A stretch of 64,000 nt of DNA from the NCBI GenBank assembly GCA_017652705.1, contig JAGCAM010000079.1, positions 11,475-75,474 on the forward strand. Reading direction: 5' to 3'. Positions within the stretch are counted from its first letter, which is position 1. Every line of letters begins with the position of its first letter. Under the pieces are notes generated by a model that saw nothing but the letters and a program-made list of their open reading frames with translations, did not search any database and had not been told where the DNA came from. This document shows, one piece after another, positions 17,680-27,683 of this stretch. Position numbers and translations under genes: made by a program. The stretch comes from Kiritimatiellia bacterium (GTDB lineage: Bacteria > Verrucomicrobiota > Kiritimatiellia > RFP12 > UBA1067).

Positions 17680-18884
17680 TTCTTCACCTCCGCACGGGGC
17701 TCGGTCTCCAGCCAGGCGTCTCTGGACGGCAGAAACTCGTTGTTCTCCGCTATGACTTGCGACACTTTGCCGTCAAGCCCGAGAAAGCGTATCGGCTTGC
17801 CCGTGCGGTTGTCCATTTTGCAGTTGCGGACCGTAAGTCTGCGCACGGTCGCTTTGGGATCGACGCCGATCGTGTCCGCCGGCAACCGGGTTTCGTTGCG
17901 GTAAACGCGCTCCACGGTGAGATTGCCGATGTCGTTCGGCCCCTCCACCTCGATGATCGGCATCCTGCGCCGGTACCAGACGTCCATCGACGGCGGGCCG
18001 AACTCCTTGGAAGCGAACACGTCGGTAATCACGATGTCGTCCATGACTCCCCGTGGTTTCTGCGGAAAGTAATGGGTGAGCCCCACCGTGTAGCAGTAGA
18101 AGTTGCCGTGGACGTTTCTGATGGTCACGCGTTTAAGTTCGGCGCCGGCGGAGAGGAGACGCGCGGCGCTGTGGCAGTATTCGCAGTAAAGTCCGTCGAT
18201 GTCGACGTCGGTTATCGGGCCCTCTTCCGGCGAGCAGATGCCGTCGTTAGCGTTGAGCGCGACCATGTCGTCGAAACAGGTTCCACGCAGGTTGGTTATC
18301 CGGAAATGGTGGCAGAAGCCGTCGAGATGGACGCCGTCGAGGTTGAGCGGTATCGGATTCCATTTTTTATAGTCGAAGGTAACGTCGTCGACGGTGACGT
18401 ACGACGCCTTGGCGAATTCGATGCCGTACGTCACTGGATTGCGTATCGTCACGCCGCGCAGAGTCACATTCTCGACGTGGCAGAAACGCATACCGATGCC
18501 GATGAACCATTCGGGGTCGAATTTTTCCGGGATCTTCGCCCGCAACTCCGGCAGATGCATGAAGTTGCCGGTCTGACTGACGTTGTCGGCGTCCCAGATG
18601 CCGCCGGTGACGGCGACGAAACGGTTGGTGCCGCCGCCGCGGTAGCATTTGTTCTCGAGCATAGGGCAGTCCGAACCCGGCGCCAGGCGCACGACAGAGA
18701 AACGGTCGAGCCGCAATTCCGTGTTCGAACCGATGCGAAGGGTTTTGGAGATGCGGTAATGCGCGGCCGGCGGCGGCAGATACACGCACGCAGCCCCTGA
18801 ATCGAGACGTTCCTGTATCGCCGCGGTGTCATCCGCGATTCCGTCGCCGACTATCGCGGCGAGCGCCAACATCCACAATGTCAT
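17676..18884 (-). CDS. Secreted right-handed beta-helix protein of the pectate-lyase superfamily (GH28-like).
   Basis: The N-terminal motif GDGIADDTAAIQERLDSGA is typical of GH28 and related beta-helix proteins. Repetitive beta-strand segments follow. The signal peptide is short. Confidence 0.6.
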   Translation of the reverse strand: MTLWMLALAAIVGDGIADDTAAIQERLDSGAACVYLPPPAAHYRISKTLRIGSNTELRLDRFSVVRLAPGSDCPMLENKCYRGGGTNRFVAVTGGIWDADNVSQTGNFMHLPELRAKIPEKFDPEWFIGIGMRFCHVENVTLRGVTIRNPVTYGIEFAKASYVTVDDVTFDYKKWNPIPLNLDGVHLDGFCHHFRITNLRGTCFDDMVALNANDGICSPEEGPITDVDIDGLYCEYCHSAARLLSAGAELKRVTIRNVHGNFYCYTVGLTHYFPQKPRGVMDDIVITDVFASKEFGPPSMDVWYRRRMPIIEVEGPNDIGNLTVERVYRNETRLPADTIGVDPKATVRRLTVRNCKMDNRTGKPIRFLGLDGKVSQVIAENNEFLPSRDAWLETEPRAEVKK

Positions 18885-18935
18885 GACTAATCTCCTTCGT
18901 CGCTTTTTTTCTTCATGTCAGCACAGAAACTTCAT

Positions 18936-19012
18936 TGGTGGGACCGCCGGGAATCGAACCCGGAACCTACGGTTTAGGAAACCGTCGCTCTGTCCAGTTG
19001 AGCTACGATCCC
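18936..19012 (-). tRNA. tRNA-Arg, anticodon CCT.
   Basis: I folded the reverse complement by hand. The acceptor stem is GGGATCG/CGGTCCC. The D-stem is GCTC/GAGC. The anticodon stem is ACGGT/ACCGT around the loop TTCCTAA. The T-arm is CCGGG-TTCGATT-CCCGG. The discriminator is A and CCA is encoded. Confidence 0.85.
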
Positions 19013-19089
19013 GCGTTTTTGTCAGAACTTTCTTCCGTCATTGCCAAACACTTGGAAAACGAAGCGGCGAGTAATCGTTAGTTCCGTGT

Positions 19090-19119
19090 ATGATATCATT
19101 TCAAACCCGCGATTGTCAA
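19090..19119 (-). promoter_or_regulatory. Candidate sigma70 promoter, TTGACA-N18-TATCAT, upstream of tRNA-Arg.
   Basis: The reverse complement reads TTGACAatcgcgggtttgaaatgaTATCAT. It lies about 78 nt upstream of the mature tRNA 5' end. Confidence 0.35.
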
Positions 19120-19130
19120 TGCGAAGGCGG

Positions 19131-22100
19131 TCATCGGCCTGCGATTTTAATCGTGCCCGGCTTCAGACCGGGTGCGGTTACAGTCAGCTCAGGGGCGTCG
19201 CCGGTGCCCCGGTAGCGCCTCACCGCCACCACCGCTTTGCCGAACCACAGCGAGTGCCCTTTCAGACTCTTGAAAGACACCATCGACCGGGGATCGCCGT
19301 TGCCTACCGCCGCGATTTCACCCGGGCCTTTCAACAAGACGTCGAACTTCGCGTCCGAGACCGGCGAACGGTTGCCTTTCGAGTCCACCGCGTCAATCTG
19401 CACGAAAACCAGATCGGAGCCTTCCGCCGAATACGGATCGCGCGTGAGCCTGATCGCCTTCGGCGCACCTGCCGTTTTCATCTTCGCTTCGCCGATTTTC
19501 TCCCCGCCGCGGTACGCCACAGCTTTCAGCTCACCAGGCCTGTACGGCACGTCGAACCAACGCAGTCTGTACTTCGCGCACACTTCATAATACCTGTTGG
19601 TGAGCGCAGGGTTGCGTTCCACCACCCCCTTGCGGCGGCGGCCGAGCGATCTGCCGTTGAGAAAAAGTTCCGCCTCGTCGCCTGATGTGTAGACGTAGAC
19701 AGGCACTTTGGTCCCTTTATGATCATTCCAGTTCCAGTGCGGAAGAATGTGCACAGTCTCCGCCTTTTTGTTCCAGTGCGAGCGGTAGAGATGCCAGCGG
19801 TCTTTTGGAATGGCGCAGATGTCGGCGGCGCCGAAGTAGGAACTGCGCGAAGTGTCGGCGACGGTGAAGCTGCGGCCGGCCGCCTTGACATAGTGGCTGC
19901 CAAACTCGCTGGCGCCGAGGAACCAGAGTGTGTAGGGGGTGGGCTCGCCAATGTAGTCGATGCCCGACCAGACAAATTCGCCGCAAACGTAGCGGTCGCG
20001 TTCCATCCGGTCGAATTCGACGTCGGCGATGTCGCCCCAGGTCGCGGCGATCTGGTCGTAGCCGTCGACTTTCCAGTTTTTGACGTCGGCGCGGAACCAT
20101 TCTCCGTGCTCGGTGTTGTTGGTGTTGGACCACCCCTCGCGTTCTTCGTTGCCGGCGAACGGAACCCGGTAGAAGCCGTAGTCGGAGAACGCGCTCGCGG
20201 ATTCCGAATAGAACAGCGGCATCGCCGGGTTGCGCGCGTGCATGTGGCGGTAGCTGCCGCCGTAGTTCCAGCCGTTGAGGTCGAGTCCGTCGAGATCGCC
20301 TTTTTCGACGGCCTTTACGTAGCAGCAGCCAATGCCGACCGGACGGGTGGAGTCTTCGGAGAGAACCGCCTTGCGGAAACGGTCGCAGCGTTCGCGGGAG
20401 GTGCCCTGGGAATATTCCTCGCAGTTGAAATAGATTTCATTGCCGAGCGACCAGGTGAACACGCAGGGATGGTTGCGGTCGCGGCGGACGAACGCCTTAA
20501 GATTGCGCTCGACGTATTCTTCGAGATTCTCCCCGGGGAGCCGCCCGGCGGTGCCGTCCCATTTGTCGAAACATTCATCCCAGACTAGGATGCCAAGTTC
20601 GTCGCAGAGATCGAGCAACTGCGGGGCGGGGCAGTTGTGCGAGGTGCGTACGGCGTTCACGCCCATGTCGCGCATGCAGAGAAGCTGGCGCTTCGCGGCG
20701 TCGCGGTCGAACGCCATGCCGAGCGGCCCCAGATCGGAATGGAGGTTGACGCCGTGAATCTGCAGGCGGCGTCCGTTGAGAAACAGTCCGTTGGTGGTTA
20801 CGGAAACGGAGCGCACCCCGTAGCGGAACTTTTCACCGGCGACGGCGTATTCGTAGAGATAAGGGTCGTCCACGTCCCAGAGACGTGGTTTGAGAATTTT
20901 GAACGAGGCGGACTTTGGACCCGAAAGTGTGCGCCAGCTGACGTTGACGGTCGCCTCGGCGGCGGATATTTTCGGAGTGGTGATCGCCACCGAGCCGGGG
21001 ATGGCGTGACCGTCGCCGCGGGTCACGAGGCGAACGCTGCGGTAAATGCCGCCGCCGGGGTACCAGCGCGATTTGTGGTCGGTCGTGTCGGCGGAGACTT
21101 CAAGACTGTTTTCACCGTTGACGACAAGAGCGGACACATCGAGGATGAAGGATGCGTAGCCGTAATCCCACCCGCCGGCGTCTTTGCCGTTGACCTTGAC
21201 TTTCGGGCGGGCCATCACTCCGTCGAATTCAAGGTAGACCCGCTCGCCCGGCTTGCCGGACTTGCGCCAGACGAAGCTGCGTCGGTAGTCGCCTTTGCCG
21301 CACCACGACAGCTTGCCGGTGGCGTAGTCGTTGGTGTGGTTGAACGGCCCCGCTATCGCCCAATCATGGGGAACCCGCACCTTTGACCAAGCGGAGGAGC
21401 CGCCGCGGCGGAATTCCCAGGCGTCACCGTCGAGAGAGATGGATCGGAACGCCGAGTCGACGTTTTCCCTGGCGAAAGCGGAGAGGTCGGGTTCACCCCA
21501 CAGCGGAACGTAATTGCGGTCTCCGAGAGTTACCGCGAAGGAGGATATCTCCTCGAAACCGAGGAGGCGGTAGTATTCCACGTCGGCGGCGACGACGTCC
21601 TTCGCCTGGCGGAAAAGTTTCACGGGAGATGTCCAGTGGGAGTACAGGGAATTGTCGAACCAGTATTCGAGAACGCGAGAACCGGCGGAGCCGAACTTTT
21701 CAATCAGGGCTTTAAGGGGCTTGGTCTCGCCGTTGTTCTGGTCGGCGAGGGGACGGCCGAGATCGCGTTTGATGGGGGCGTATTCAAGGAACACGCCTTT
21801 GACCGGTTTCACTTTCTCCGGCGGGTTGATGGCGTCGGCGTAGGCAAGGTAGCAGAGTTCGGCGTCGGGTATGAACTTGCGCAATTCGGTCACGATGGCG
21901 TTGGCGAAAATCAGCTGCTGGTCGCTGGCGGAGAATCCGCGGCATTTTTCGCATTTGCACACGCCGCCGTGCACGTCGTCAAGCCACAGACAGTAGCGGC
22001 GGTTGCCGCCGTAGAGGGCCTTGGCGAGTTCGACCGCGCGTTTCCCCGCAATGTTCATGGCTTCGGGGTTGGAGAAGCAGAAGTTCTTGTCCCTGCAGCG

Positions 22101-24380
22101 GGCGCCCTTCTCGTCCATGCGGAAATATTCGGGGTGAACGTCGAAAAGGTTGCGCGGCAGCAGCCAGCTGGCGGCGTGGATTTCATAGCCGATGTCGATG
22201 CCGAGGGCTTTGGCGCGGTCGATGAGGGCGCGGTAGCCGGGCTCTTTCAGTCTGGCGAGTGTTTTATCGAGCGCGACTTCGGCCTGGCCGCCGCCGCCGG
22301 GATGGATGGAAAGATTGTGGAGACCGAGATTCACCGCGCGGTCCACCCAGCGGTCGGAGAGTTCGTCGGTGCCGATTACGAGGGATGTTTTAAGCGCCCC
22401 GGCCGGCGGAGCGGCCGGCTTTTTTTCACGGAACCAGACCTGCATGTCGTTGCCGGGCTGGCGGTGGTCCCACGCGAAGTACGGTATCAGTTTCAGCCCG
22501 TTGGAAGCTTTGAGCGCGGGGAAGGTCTTGTCGCCGATCACGATGGTGTCGTCGGTGAAAGTGGCGTCTTCGGGAAGAACGGCGTCGTAGGCCGCGCCGC
22601 CGTTGTCGCAGCCTTCGGCGCAGTAGAGCATGGGGCCGCGTTCGACGGCGAGACGGCCGAGGTCGTCGACGACGGCGCGGTGGGCGCGGATACGCTTGAC
22701 CGGCATGGGGAAATTGACTTCGACTTTGTCGCCGGCCTTCCATTTTCTGTCGATGTCGATGTAGCCGTCTTTGCCCGGTGCGGGGTCAAGAGCGGCGCCG
22801 TTCACCGAGAGAGTGATTTCCTTGACGCTTGCGGGCACGGTCTGGGTGTACAGGTCGCCGGGCACCGGTTCACCTTTCGCCCAGCCGGGAACGCGGAGTT
22901 TTAGCGTGAACCGCTTTTCGGCGGCCGGGCTGACGGCCAGCGTTGCGCGGCCGTTCCACGGATATCCCGTGTCGCATTTGAACTTGACCCCTTCCACCTC
23001 GGCTTCGCCCTGCATGACGAGGTTCCAGAATATGTTCGCGCCGTCGGTCGCCCACGCGAAGGACGGTATCTGGGGGATGAAGCGGACGTCATTCACCGGG
23101 CAGCAGCTGCAGCCGAACCACTTCGAACGTCTGTAACCTCCTTTGCAGGCGAGCGGGTTGGGGTAGAAGTACTCGTCGCCGGTGAGTGACACGCCGGAGA
23201 GGAATCCGTTGTAGATGACCCGCTCGAGTATATCGACGTATTTGGATTCGCCGGAAAAGCGGAACATACGTTCGTTCCACAGGGCGTTGGCGATCGCGGC
23301 GCAGGTTTCCAGATAGGTCACGCGGTAGTCGTTGGGCAGCAGATAGTCGCGCTCGAACGCCTCGCCGCGGGGGGTTCCGCCGACGCCGCCGGTGAGGTGC
23401 AGCTTGCGACCAGAAACGTTGAGCCAGATGGCGGAAATCGCGTCGAGGTACGCCTTGTCGCCGGTGAGGGCGGCGACGTCGGCGACACCGCAGTACAGGT
23501 AGCCGGCGCGCACAGCGTGGCCGACCGCCTCGCGCTGGAGGACGACGGGCATGTGATCCTGGATGCCCGCGCCCGGGGCGACGATGGGGTCGACCGGTTC
23601 ACCGCCGGGGCCGACCGGCCGCCCGTCTTCGAGAGACCTGCCGCGGCCGCGCATTTCAATGAAGTGGCGCGCGAGGTTGAGATAACGCTTCCTGCCGGTC
23701 ACCCGGTAGAGCTTGGCGAGGGCGAGCTCGATTTCCTCATGGCCGGGCGCGTCTTTGAGCTGGGTCGGGTCGGGCCCGAACACGCGGCAGAAAAGATCGG
23801 CGGATTTTACGGCGACGTCGAGGAAATTGCGCTTGCCGGTGGCCCGGAACCACGCGCAGGCGGCTTCGATCATGTGCCCGTTGTTGTAAAGTTCGTGGCT
23901 GGAGCCGATGTTGGACCAGCGAACGGGGCCCATCATGCCGCTGCTGCCGCCGCCTTTGCTGAAGTGCCAGTGGCCGAGCGTTCTGGCGGTGTAGAGGTAG
24001 CCGTCTAATTCCTGCGCTTTGGCGAACTGACCGATAAGCCAGTCGCAGTATTTTTCAAGTTCGGGGTCGGGGTGGTTGGCGAGCACGTAGGCCGCCCCTT
24101 CCACCACCTTGAACACGTCGGAATCGTCGAAGGGAATTCCGCCGAACTTGCCGGCGCGGGCGGCGGCGTTGGTGAAGTTGGCGATGCGCGGCGTCTCGTT
24201 GCATTTGTCGAAACAGTTTTTGAGGGTGGAAAGACGGTTCGTCTCCAGCCGGTCGTACCAGAAGCCGCCGGTGACTCTGACCTTGGTCATGTCGGCGGAG
24301 CGGATCGGGTAGTCGTTGGCGGCGGCGGCCGCAGCGGCGGCAACGAACGCTGCGACGGCGACAGAGAGTTTCTTTTTCAT
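19131..24380 (-). CDS. Giant secreted three-module glycosidase: GH127/DUF1680-like beta-L-arabinofuranosidase-like module, then DUF4838-like module, then GH2 module.
   Basis: The 1749-aa ORF carries a signal peptide. The N-terminal roughly 650 aa contain the consecutive-Cys motif FGCSCCPVND characteristic of GH127. The middle contains GGVCKCEKCRGF and flanking DUF4838-like sequence. The C-terminal roughly 700 aa show the GH2 sugar-binding domain (VPHDWAIAGPFN, YLEFDGV), a TIM barrel (NAVRTSH, WSLGNE) and a C-terminal beta domain. Confidence 0.75.
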   Translation of the reverse strand: MKKKLSVAVAAFVAAAAAAAANDYPIRSADMTKVRVTGGFWYDRLETNRLSTLKNCFDKCNETPRIANFTNAAARAGKFGGIPFDDSDVFKVVEGAAYVLANHPDPELEKYCDWLIGQFAKAQELDGYLYTARTLGHWHFSKGGGSSGMMGPVRWSNIGSSHELYNNGHMIEAACAWFRATGKRNFLDVAVKSADLFCRVFGPDPTQLKDAPGHEEIELALAKLYRVTGRKRYLNLARHFIEMRGRGRSLEDGRPVGPGGEPVDPIVAPGAGIQDHMPVVLQREAVGHAVRAGYLYCGVADVAALTGDKAYLDAISAIWLNVSGRKLHLTGGVGGTPRGEAFERDYLLPNDYRVTYLETCAAIANALWNERMFRFSGESKYVDILERVIYNGFLSGVSLTGDEYFYPNPLACKGGYRRSKWFGCSCCPVNDVRFIPQIPSFAWATDGANIFWNLVMQGEAEVEGVKFKCDTGYPWNGRATLAVSPAAEKRFTLKLRVPGWAKGEPVPGDLYTQTVPASVKEITLSVNGAALDPAPGKDGYIDIDRKWKAGDKVEVNFPMPVKRIRAHRAVVDDLGRLAVERGPMLYCAEGCDNGGAAYDAVLPEDATFTDDTIVIGDKTFPALKASNGLKLIPYFAWDHRQPGNDMQVWFREKKPAAPPAGALKTSLVIGTDELSDRWVDRAVNLGLHNLSIHPGGGGQAEVALDKTLARLKEPGYRALIDRAKALGIDIGYEIHAASWLLPRNLFDVHPEYFRMDEKGARCRDKNFCFSNPEAMNIAGKRAVELAKALYGGNRRYCLWLDDVHGGVCKCEKCRGFSASDQQLIFANAIVTELRKFIPDAELCYLAYADAINPPEKVKPVKGVFLEYAPIKRDLGRPLADQNNGETKPLKALIEKFGSAGSRVLEYWFDNSLYSHWTSPVKLFRQAKDVVAADVEYYRLLGFEEISSFAVTLGDRNYVPLWGEPDLSAFARENVDSAFRSISLDGDAWEFRRGGSSAWSKVRVPHDWAIAGPFNHTNDYATGKLSWCGKGDYRRSFVWRKSGKPGERVYLEFDGVMARPKVKVNGKDAGGWDYGYASFILDVSALVVNGENSLEVSADTTDHKSRWYPGGGIYRSVRLVTRGDGHAIPGSVAITTPKISAAEATVNVSWRTLSGPKSASFKILKPRLWDVDDPYLYEYAVAGEKFRYGVRSVSVTTNGLFLNGRRLQIHGVNLHSDLGPLGMAFDRDAAKRQLLCMRDMGVNAVRTSHNCPAPQLLDLCDELGILVWDECFDKWDGTAGRLPGENLEEYVERNLKAFVRRDRNHPCVFTWSLGNEIYFNCEEYSQGTSRERCDRFRKAVLSEDSTRPVGIGCCYVKAVEKGDLDGLDLNGWNYGGSYRHMHARNPAMPLFYSESASAFSDYGFYRVPFAGNEEREGWSNTNNTEHGEWFRADVKNWKVDGYDQIAATWGDIADVEFDRMERDRYVCGEFVWSGIDYIGEPTPYTLWFLGASEFGSHYVKAAGRSFTVADTSRSSYFGAADICAIPKDRWHLYRSHWNKKAETVHILPHWNWNDHKGTKVPVYVYTSGDEAELFLNGRSLGRRRKGVVERNPALTNRYYEVCAKYRLRWFDVPYRPGELKAVAYRGGEKIGEAKMKTAGAPKAIRLTRDPYSAEGSDLVFVQIDAVDSKGNRSPVSDAKFDVLLKGPGEIAAVGNGDPRSMVSFKSLKGHSLWFGKAVVAVRRYRGTGDAPELTVTAPGLKPGTIKIAGR

Positions 24381-24410
24381 TTCAGCGGTCTCCTTTTAAG
24401 GGTGAAGCTT

Positions 24411-24902
24411 TCACAGATGTTTGATGTTGATTTTGCCTGTGGCGAGTCCCGGGGCCGATGCCGTCAGGGTGGCGGGGCCTTTGCCGGTGCGCCGAAGGAT
24501 TACCAGGGCCTTGCCGTGGAAAAGACGGTTGCCGGCGACGTCCTTGACCGAGTCGTAATCGCGTGGGTCGCCGTTGCCTACCGCTTCTATGACGGCGTCG
24601 CCGCGGACCGCGAAACCGACTCGGTCGCCGGCGTCGGGAACGCGCGTACCGGCTGCGTCCGCTTTCGCGGCGGTTTTCACGCTGGCCACGCCGATCTTCC
24701 TGCCCCTGAGATAGCGGACCGCCCTGAGTTCGCCCGGTTCCCACCGCACGTCAAACCAGCGCAAACGGTAGCGGCCCATAATCTTGTAATACGGGTTGTC
24801 GCGGCCTTTCCCGTTGAACTTGGCGACGTCGCCGCAGTCGCTGTGCAGCGGATAGTCGAGGCGGAGCTTCCGTTTCATTGGCCTTATTTTGTTTTGTCGC
24901 AC
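24411..24902 (-). pseudogene. 3' remnant of a GH2 gene (C-terminal beta-sandwich domain only).
   Basis: RYRLRWFDVRWEPGELRAVRY...AVGNGDPRDYDSVKDVAGNRLFHGKALVILRRTGKGPATLTASAPGL aligns with the last roughly 150 aa of the GH2 module of the giant protein at 19131..24380. The upstream GH2 domains are absent. Confidence 0.5.
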
Positions 24903-24912
24903 TGAATGGCGG

Positions 24913-27669
24913 TCATTGCTCGACGAATTTCAGTACGCCGAAGGCGTTGAGATCGCTGTTGAAATTGCCGAACCTGTTGTAAAGCCGCGAAAGTTCCCAC
25001 ACCGAACCGGGGGTGCGCTTCGACTTGTCTTTGAGCCAGGCGTCGGCGATTCTCAGCCGCGCGATGTTGCCGTTCCAGTGGATGCCGCCCTGCGTGGTCG
25101 GTATTTTCGCGTCGGCGAAGAAACCGAGGTCGCTGTACGGTATGTAGATTTCGACCGACCAGGAGTCTTTGTTGATTTTCGCCCCGCTCTTCAGCCCCTT
25201 CGGTTCCCACTTCTTGGTCTGAACCCGCAACTGGTTGACGGCGTCGATCCAGAGTTTGAAATAGACGCCTTCAAGCTCGCCGGTGGGGTCGACGAAAATT
25301 TCAAGACAGTCGTTGCCCCACCAGTCGCCGGCCGGGTGCGAAGTCTGCAGGCGGTCGGGGGTCTTCTCCATGCAGGTGATGCCGAACACCACGCCTTGCG
25401 AAGTCCATACCGCCTGCACGTAAGTCGGATATTTCGCCACGGTGTTGGTGCGGCTGCCGCTGCCGTCGATACCCGCGAGCGCGCAGGAGAGCGGCTCGGC
25501 GAGCTTCCAGCACGGGTCGGAGAGGTCGCCGTCGATTTTCGGAAGTTCGGCGGCCTTGCGCATGTGCAGGTCGGGGAAGGCCTTGTTGTTGGCGTACTCC
25601 CAGCTTTCCCTGAAAAACCGCTCGAAGGGTTTGGCGTAGTAGGCGAGACGGTTCGAGGCGGCCGCATCGTCGGCGAGAGCCCTGAACGACTCTTTGATTA
25701 TGCGTTCCATCTCCTCCACCTCGGCGCGCGGGTAGCTGATGCCGAAAACGTTTTTGCTGGTGACGCTCGGCCGCTTCCACTGCCGTGCCCACCCTTTCTC
25801 CTGCATGTCGATAAGTTTGCGCATCGGCGCGGCGGCCTTGCCGAACATCCGACTGGCGAATTCGTCGTAGACGTCTTTCGCCTCGAAGCCGGGGTTCCAC
25901 ATCGCCCGCACCCAGACGTAGGCGGAGAGCCCGAGCCGGTCGACCGGATACCCCCCGTTCAGGAAAGATCCGCAGATCACGCCCTTCATCCTGCGGTAGA
26001 ATTCAACAGCGGTGCCGCCGAAAACGTAAGGGGCGCAAGTCCGGTCGGCCGGCCAGCAGATGTAGTGCCAGTTCTGCACGGGGTTGCCGGTCGCCTTCGC
26101 CCATTGGCGCATGAGCTCCTCCTCGTGTCTGCGGGCTGATTCCTGGGCGAGCAGCGCGAGGCCCGGCATGGTGCACAGAAACGCGTCCACGTTGCCTTCG
26201 GCCGTGAGATCGAGACCTTTGGGCACGTCGCAGGTGTTGATGTAGGGAAGTATGGAAATGCGCCAGTCGGGATATTTCCGCTTCATCCATTTGGCGAGTT
26301 CCTTGGTGAAATACCCCCAGATTATCGGCGAAGCGTCGCCCGTGGGCGCGGCTGACTTGTCCACGAGTTTTTTGCAGAAATCGCAGTGGCAGACGACGGC
26401 GGCGTCGTACTGCGAAACGGTTACGGTTTTGCGCTGCACGTCGACGGGGTCGCCCATAAAGCCGCGGCGTTTGCCCTCGACCGTCAGGTTGATGTGCTCC
26501 TTGTAGGTCTGCAGCGTGCGGGGGTTGCCGTAACAGAGCATGGCGGTGCGGGCGCGTTCGCCGTTTTCGGACAGGGCGAAGATTTCCGGTCGCCCCGTCC
26601 AGCGGCTCGGCTTGTAACCGAGATTGGGGTCGACGTGCCAGTAGCTCGGGGTGTGGACCCGGTGCGATGACTGGTGGGCGTCGCCGAATTTCCAGCCGCG
26701 GTGACCCGCTGCGAATTCGGTGCGGAATTCATAGACCGGTTTGTCCGACCAGTTGAACCGTGGCAGGGCGAGACCTTCCGTTTTGATAACGAGTTCGCCG
26801 ATCTTGCGGTCGGGGTAGTACTGGCGTACGCCGAGTATCCGTTCGGCGAAGTCGTAGACGGCGTAGCCGGAGGCGGTCGCATGCGCGCCGATGAGGAAAA
26901 CGTCCCCTCCTTTGGTGAGACAGCGGAAGGCGTGTGCGCCGACGCCCCACCGGGTGTCGGGGGTGCCGGGGCGGGTGACGCCGGCTTCGCGGGCGGCGAG
27001 GGTGTCGCCGATGTAGATCGCGCCGCCGCCGGTGTAGGCGGTGTTGGTGCCGAGATGGAGAACCGGCGGCTTGGCGCCGGTCATCTTTTCGATTATTTCA
27101 GCGAGCCACACCGCTTCGCCGCGCGCTTCGGCCGCCACGATCGGCATGCGGGCGACGCCGTCGGCGACGACCACGACCGGTTCCCCGCGAGGGGCCGAGA
27201 ACGCGGTGAGCGGGGTCAGGTCTTTGGCGCGCGGATTGCCGGGCGCGAGCTGCGCTCTGGATCCGTCCTCCGCGGTGACGAAACTCCCTTTCCGTTCCGC
27301 GGCGGCGGCCGAAGTCTTGGTGAAGTAGTTGGTGGCGAGCGCGGTACGCGACGTCCGGCGGTACGCCTCGAAGAGAACTGAATACTCACCGGCCGGCAGA
27401 TCTTCGACATGCAGCGAAAGCGCATTGCGCCCGACCCGCAAGGGAACCGACTGCGTGCGGAGCATCCTGCCGGACGCGTCGCGCAGCGTCATTTTCACGC
27501 TGTCGGCGGTGCAGACCGGAACCTTTGCCTCGAAGGCGACGTAGACGTCGTCCTTGCCGAGCGTCTGCCGGTCGCCCGAGGCGCCGGTAAATCCGACGGC
27601 CGGCGCCGCGGCGGCGGCGGCGGAAAGGATTGCCGCGGCGGCGAAAAGAACCTGTGCTGTCTTTGTCAT
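24913..27669 (-). CDS. Secreted DUF4838-like protein with a C-terminal CBM9-like (DOMON-type) carbohydrate-binding domain.
   Basis: A signal peptide is present. VVCHCDFCKK and the flanking region are paralogous to the 7992, 19131 and 30401 proteins. The C-terminal motif PKIDGDLSDPCWKLAEP...YFKL is CBM9-like. Confidence 0.6.
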   Translation of the reverse strand: MTKTAQVLFAAAAILSAAAAAAPAVGFTGASGDRQTLGKDDVYVAFEAKVPVCTADSVKMTLRDASGRMLRTQSVPLRVGRNALSLHVEDLPAGEYSVLFEAYRRTSRTALATNYFTKTSAAAAERKGSFVTAEDGSRAQLAPGNPRAKDLTPLTAFSAPRGEPVVVVADGVARMPIVAAEARGEAVWLAEIIEKMTGAKPPVLHLGTNTAYTGGGAIYIGDTLAAREAGVTRPGTPDTRWGVGAHAFRCLTKGGDVFLIGAHATASGYAVYDFAERILGVRQYYPDRKIGELVIKTEGLALPRFNWSDKPVYEFRTEFAAGHRGWKFGDAHQSSHRVHTPSYWHVDPNLGYKPSRWTGRPEIFALSENGERARTAMLCYGNPRTLQTYKEHINLTVEGKRRGFMGDPVDVQRKTVTVSQYDAAVVCHCDFCKKLVDKSAAPTGDASPIIWGYFTKELAKWMKRKYPDWRISILPYINTCDVPKGLDLTAEGNVDAFLCTMPGLALLAQESARRHEEELMRQWAKATGNPVQNWHYICWPADRTCAPYVFGGTAVEFYRRMKGVICGSFLNGGYPVDRLGLSAYVWVRAMWNPGFEAKDVYDEFASRMFGKAAAPMRKLIDMQEKGWARQWKRPSVTSKNVFGISYPRAEVEEMERIIKESFRALADDAAASNRLAYYAKPFERFFRESWEYANNKAFPDLHMRKAAELPKIDGDLSDPCWKLAEPLSCALAGIDGSGSRTNTVAKYPTYVQAVWTSQGVVFGITCMEKTPDRLQTSHPAGDWWGNDCLEIFVDPTGELEGVYFKLWIDAVNQLRVQTKKWEPKGLKSGAKINKDSWSVEIYIPYSDLGFFADAKIPTTQGGIHWNGNIARLRIADAWLKDKSKRTPGSVWELSRLYNRFGNFNSDLNAFGVLKFVEQ

Positions 27670-27683
27670 TTTTCCGCGCCATT

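Noticed and set aside
18885-18935. A possible terminator or direct repeats downstream of tRNA-Arg (ATGAAG...ATGAAG-AAAAAAA).
   Set aside because: The repeats are direct, not inverted, so no stable hairpin forms. The evidence for a terminator is insufficient.
24411-24902. Treating the 163-aa ORF as an intact stand-alone gene.
   Set aside because: It aligns in-frame only with the C-terminal domain of GH2 enzymes. It lacks any upstream catalytic domains and any signal peptide, so it is better explained as a gene remnant.
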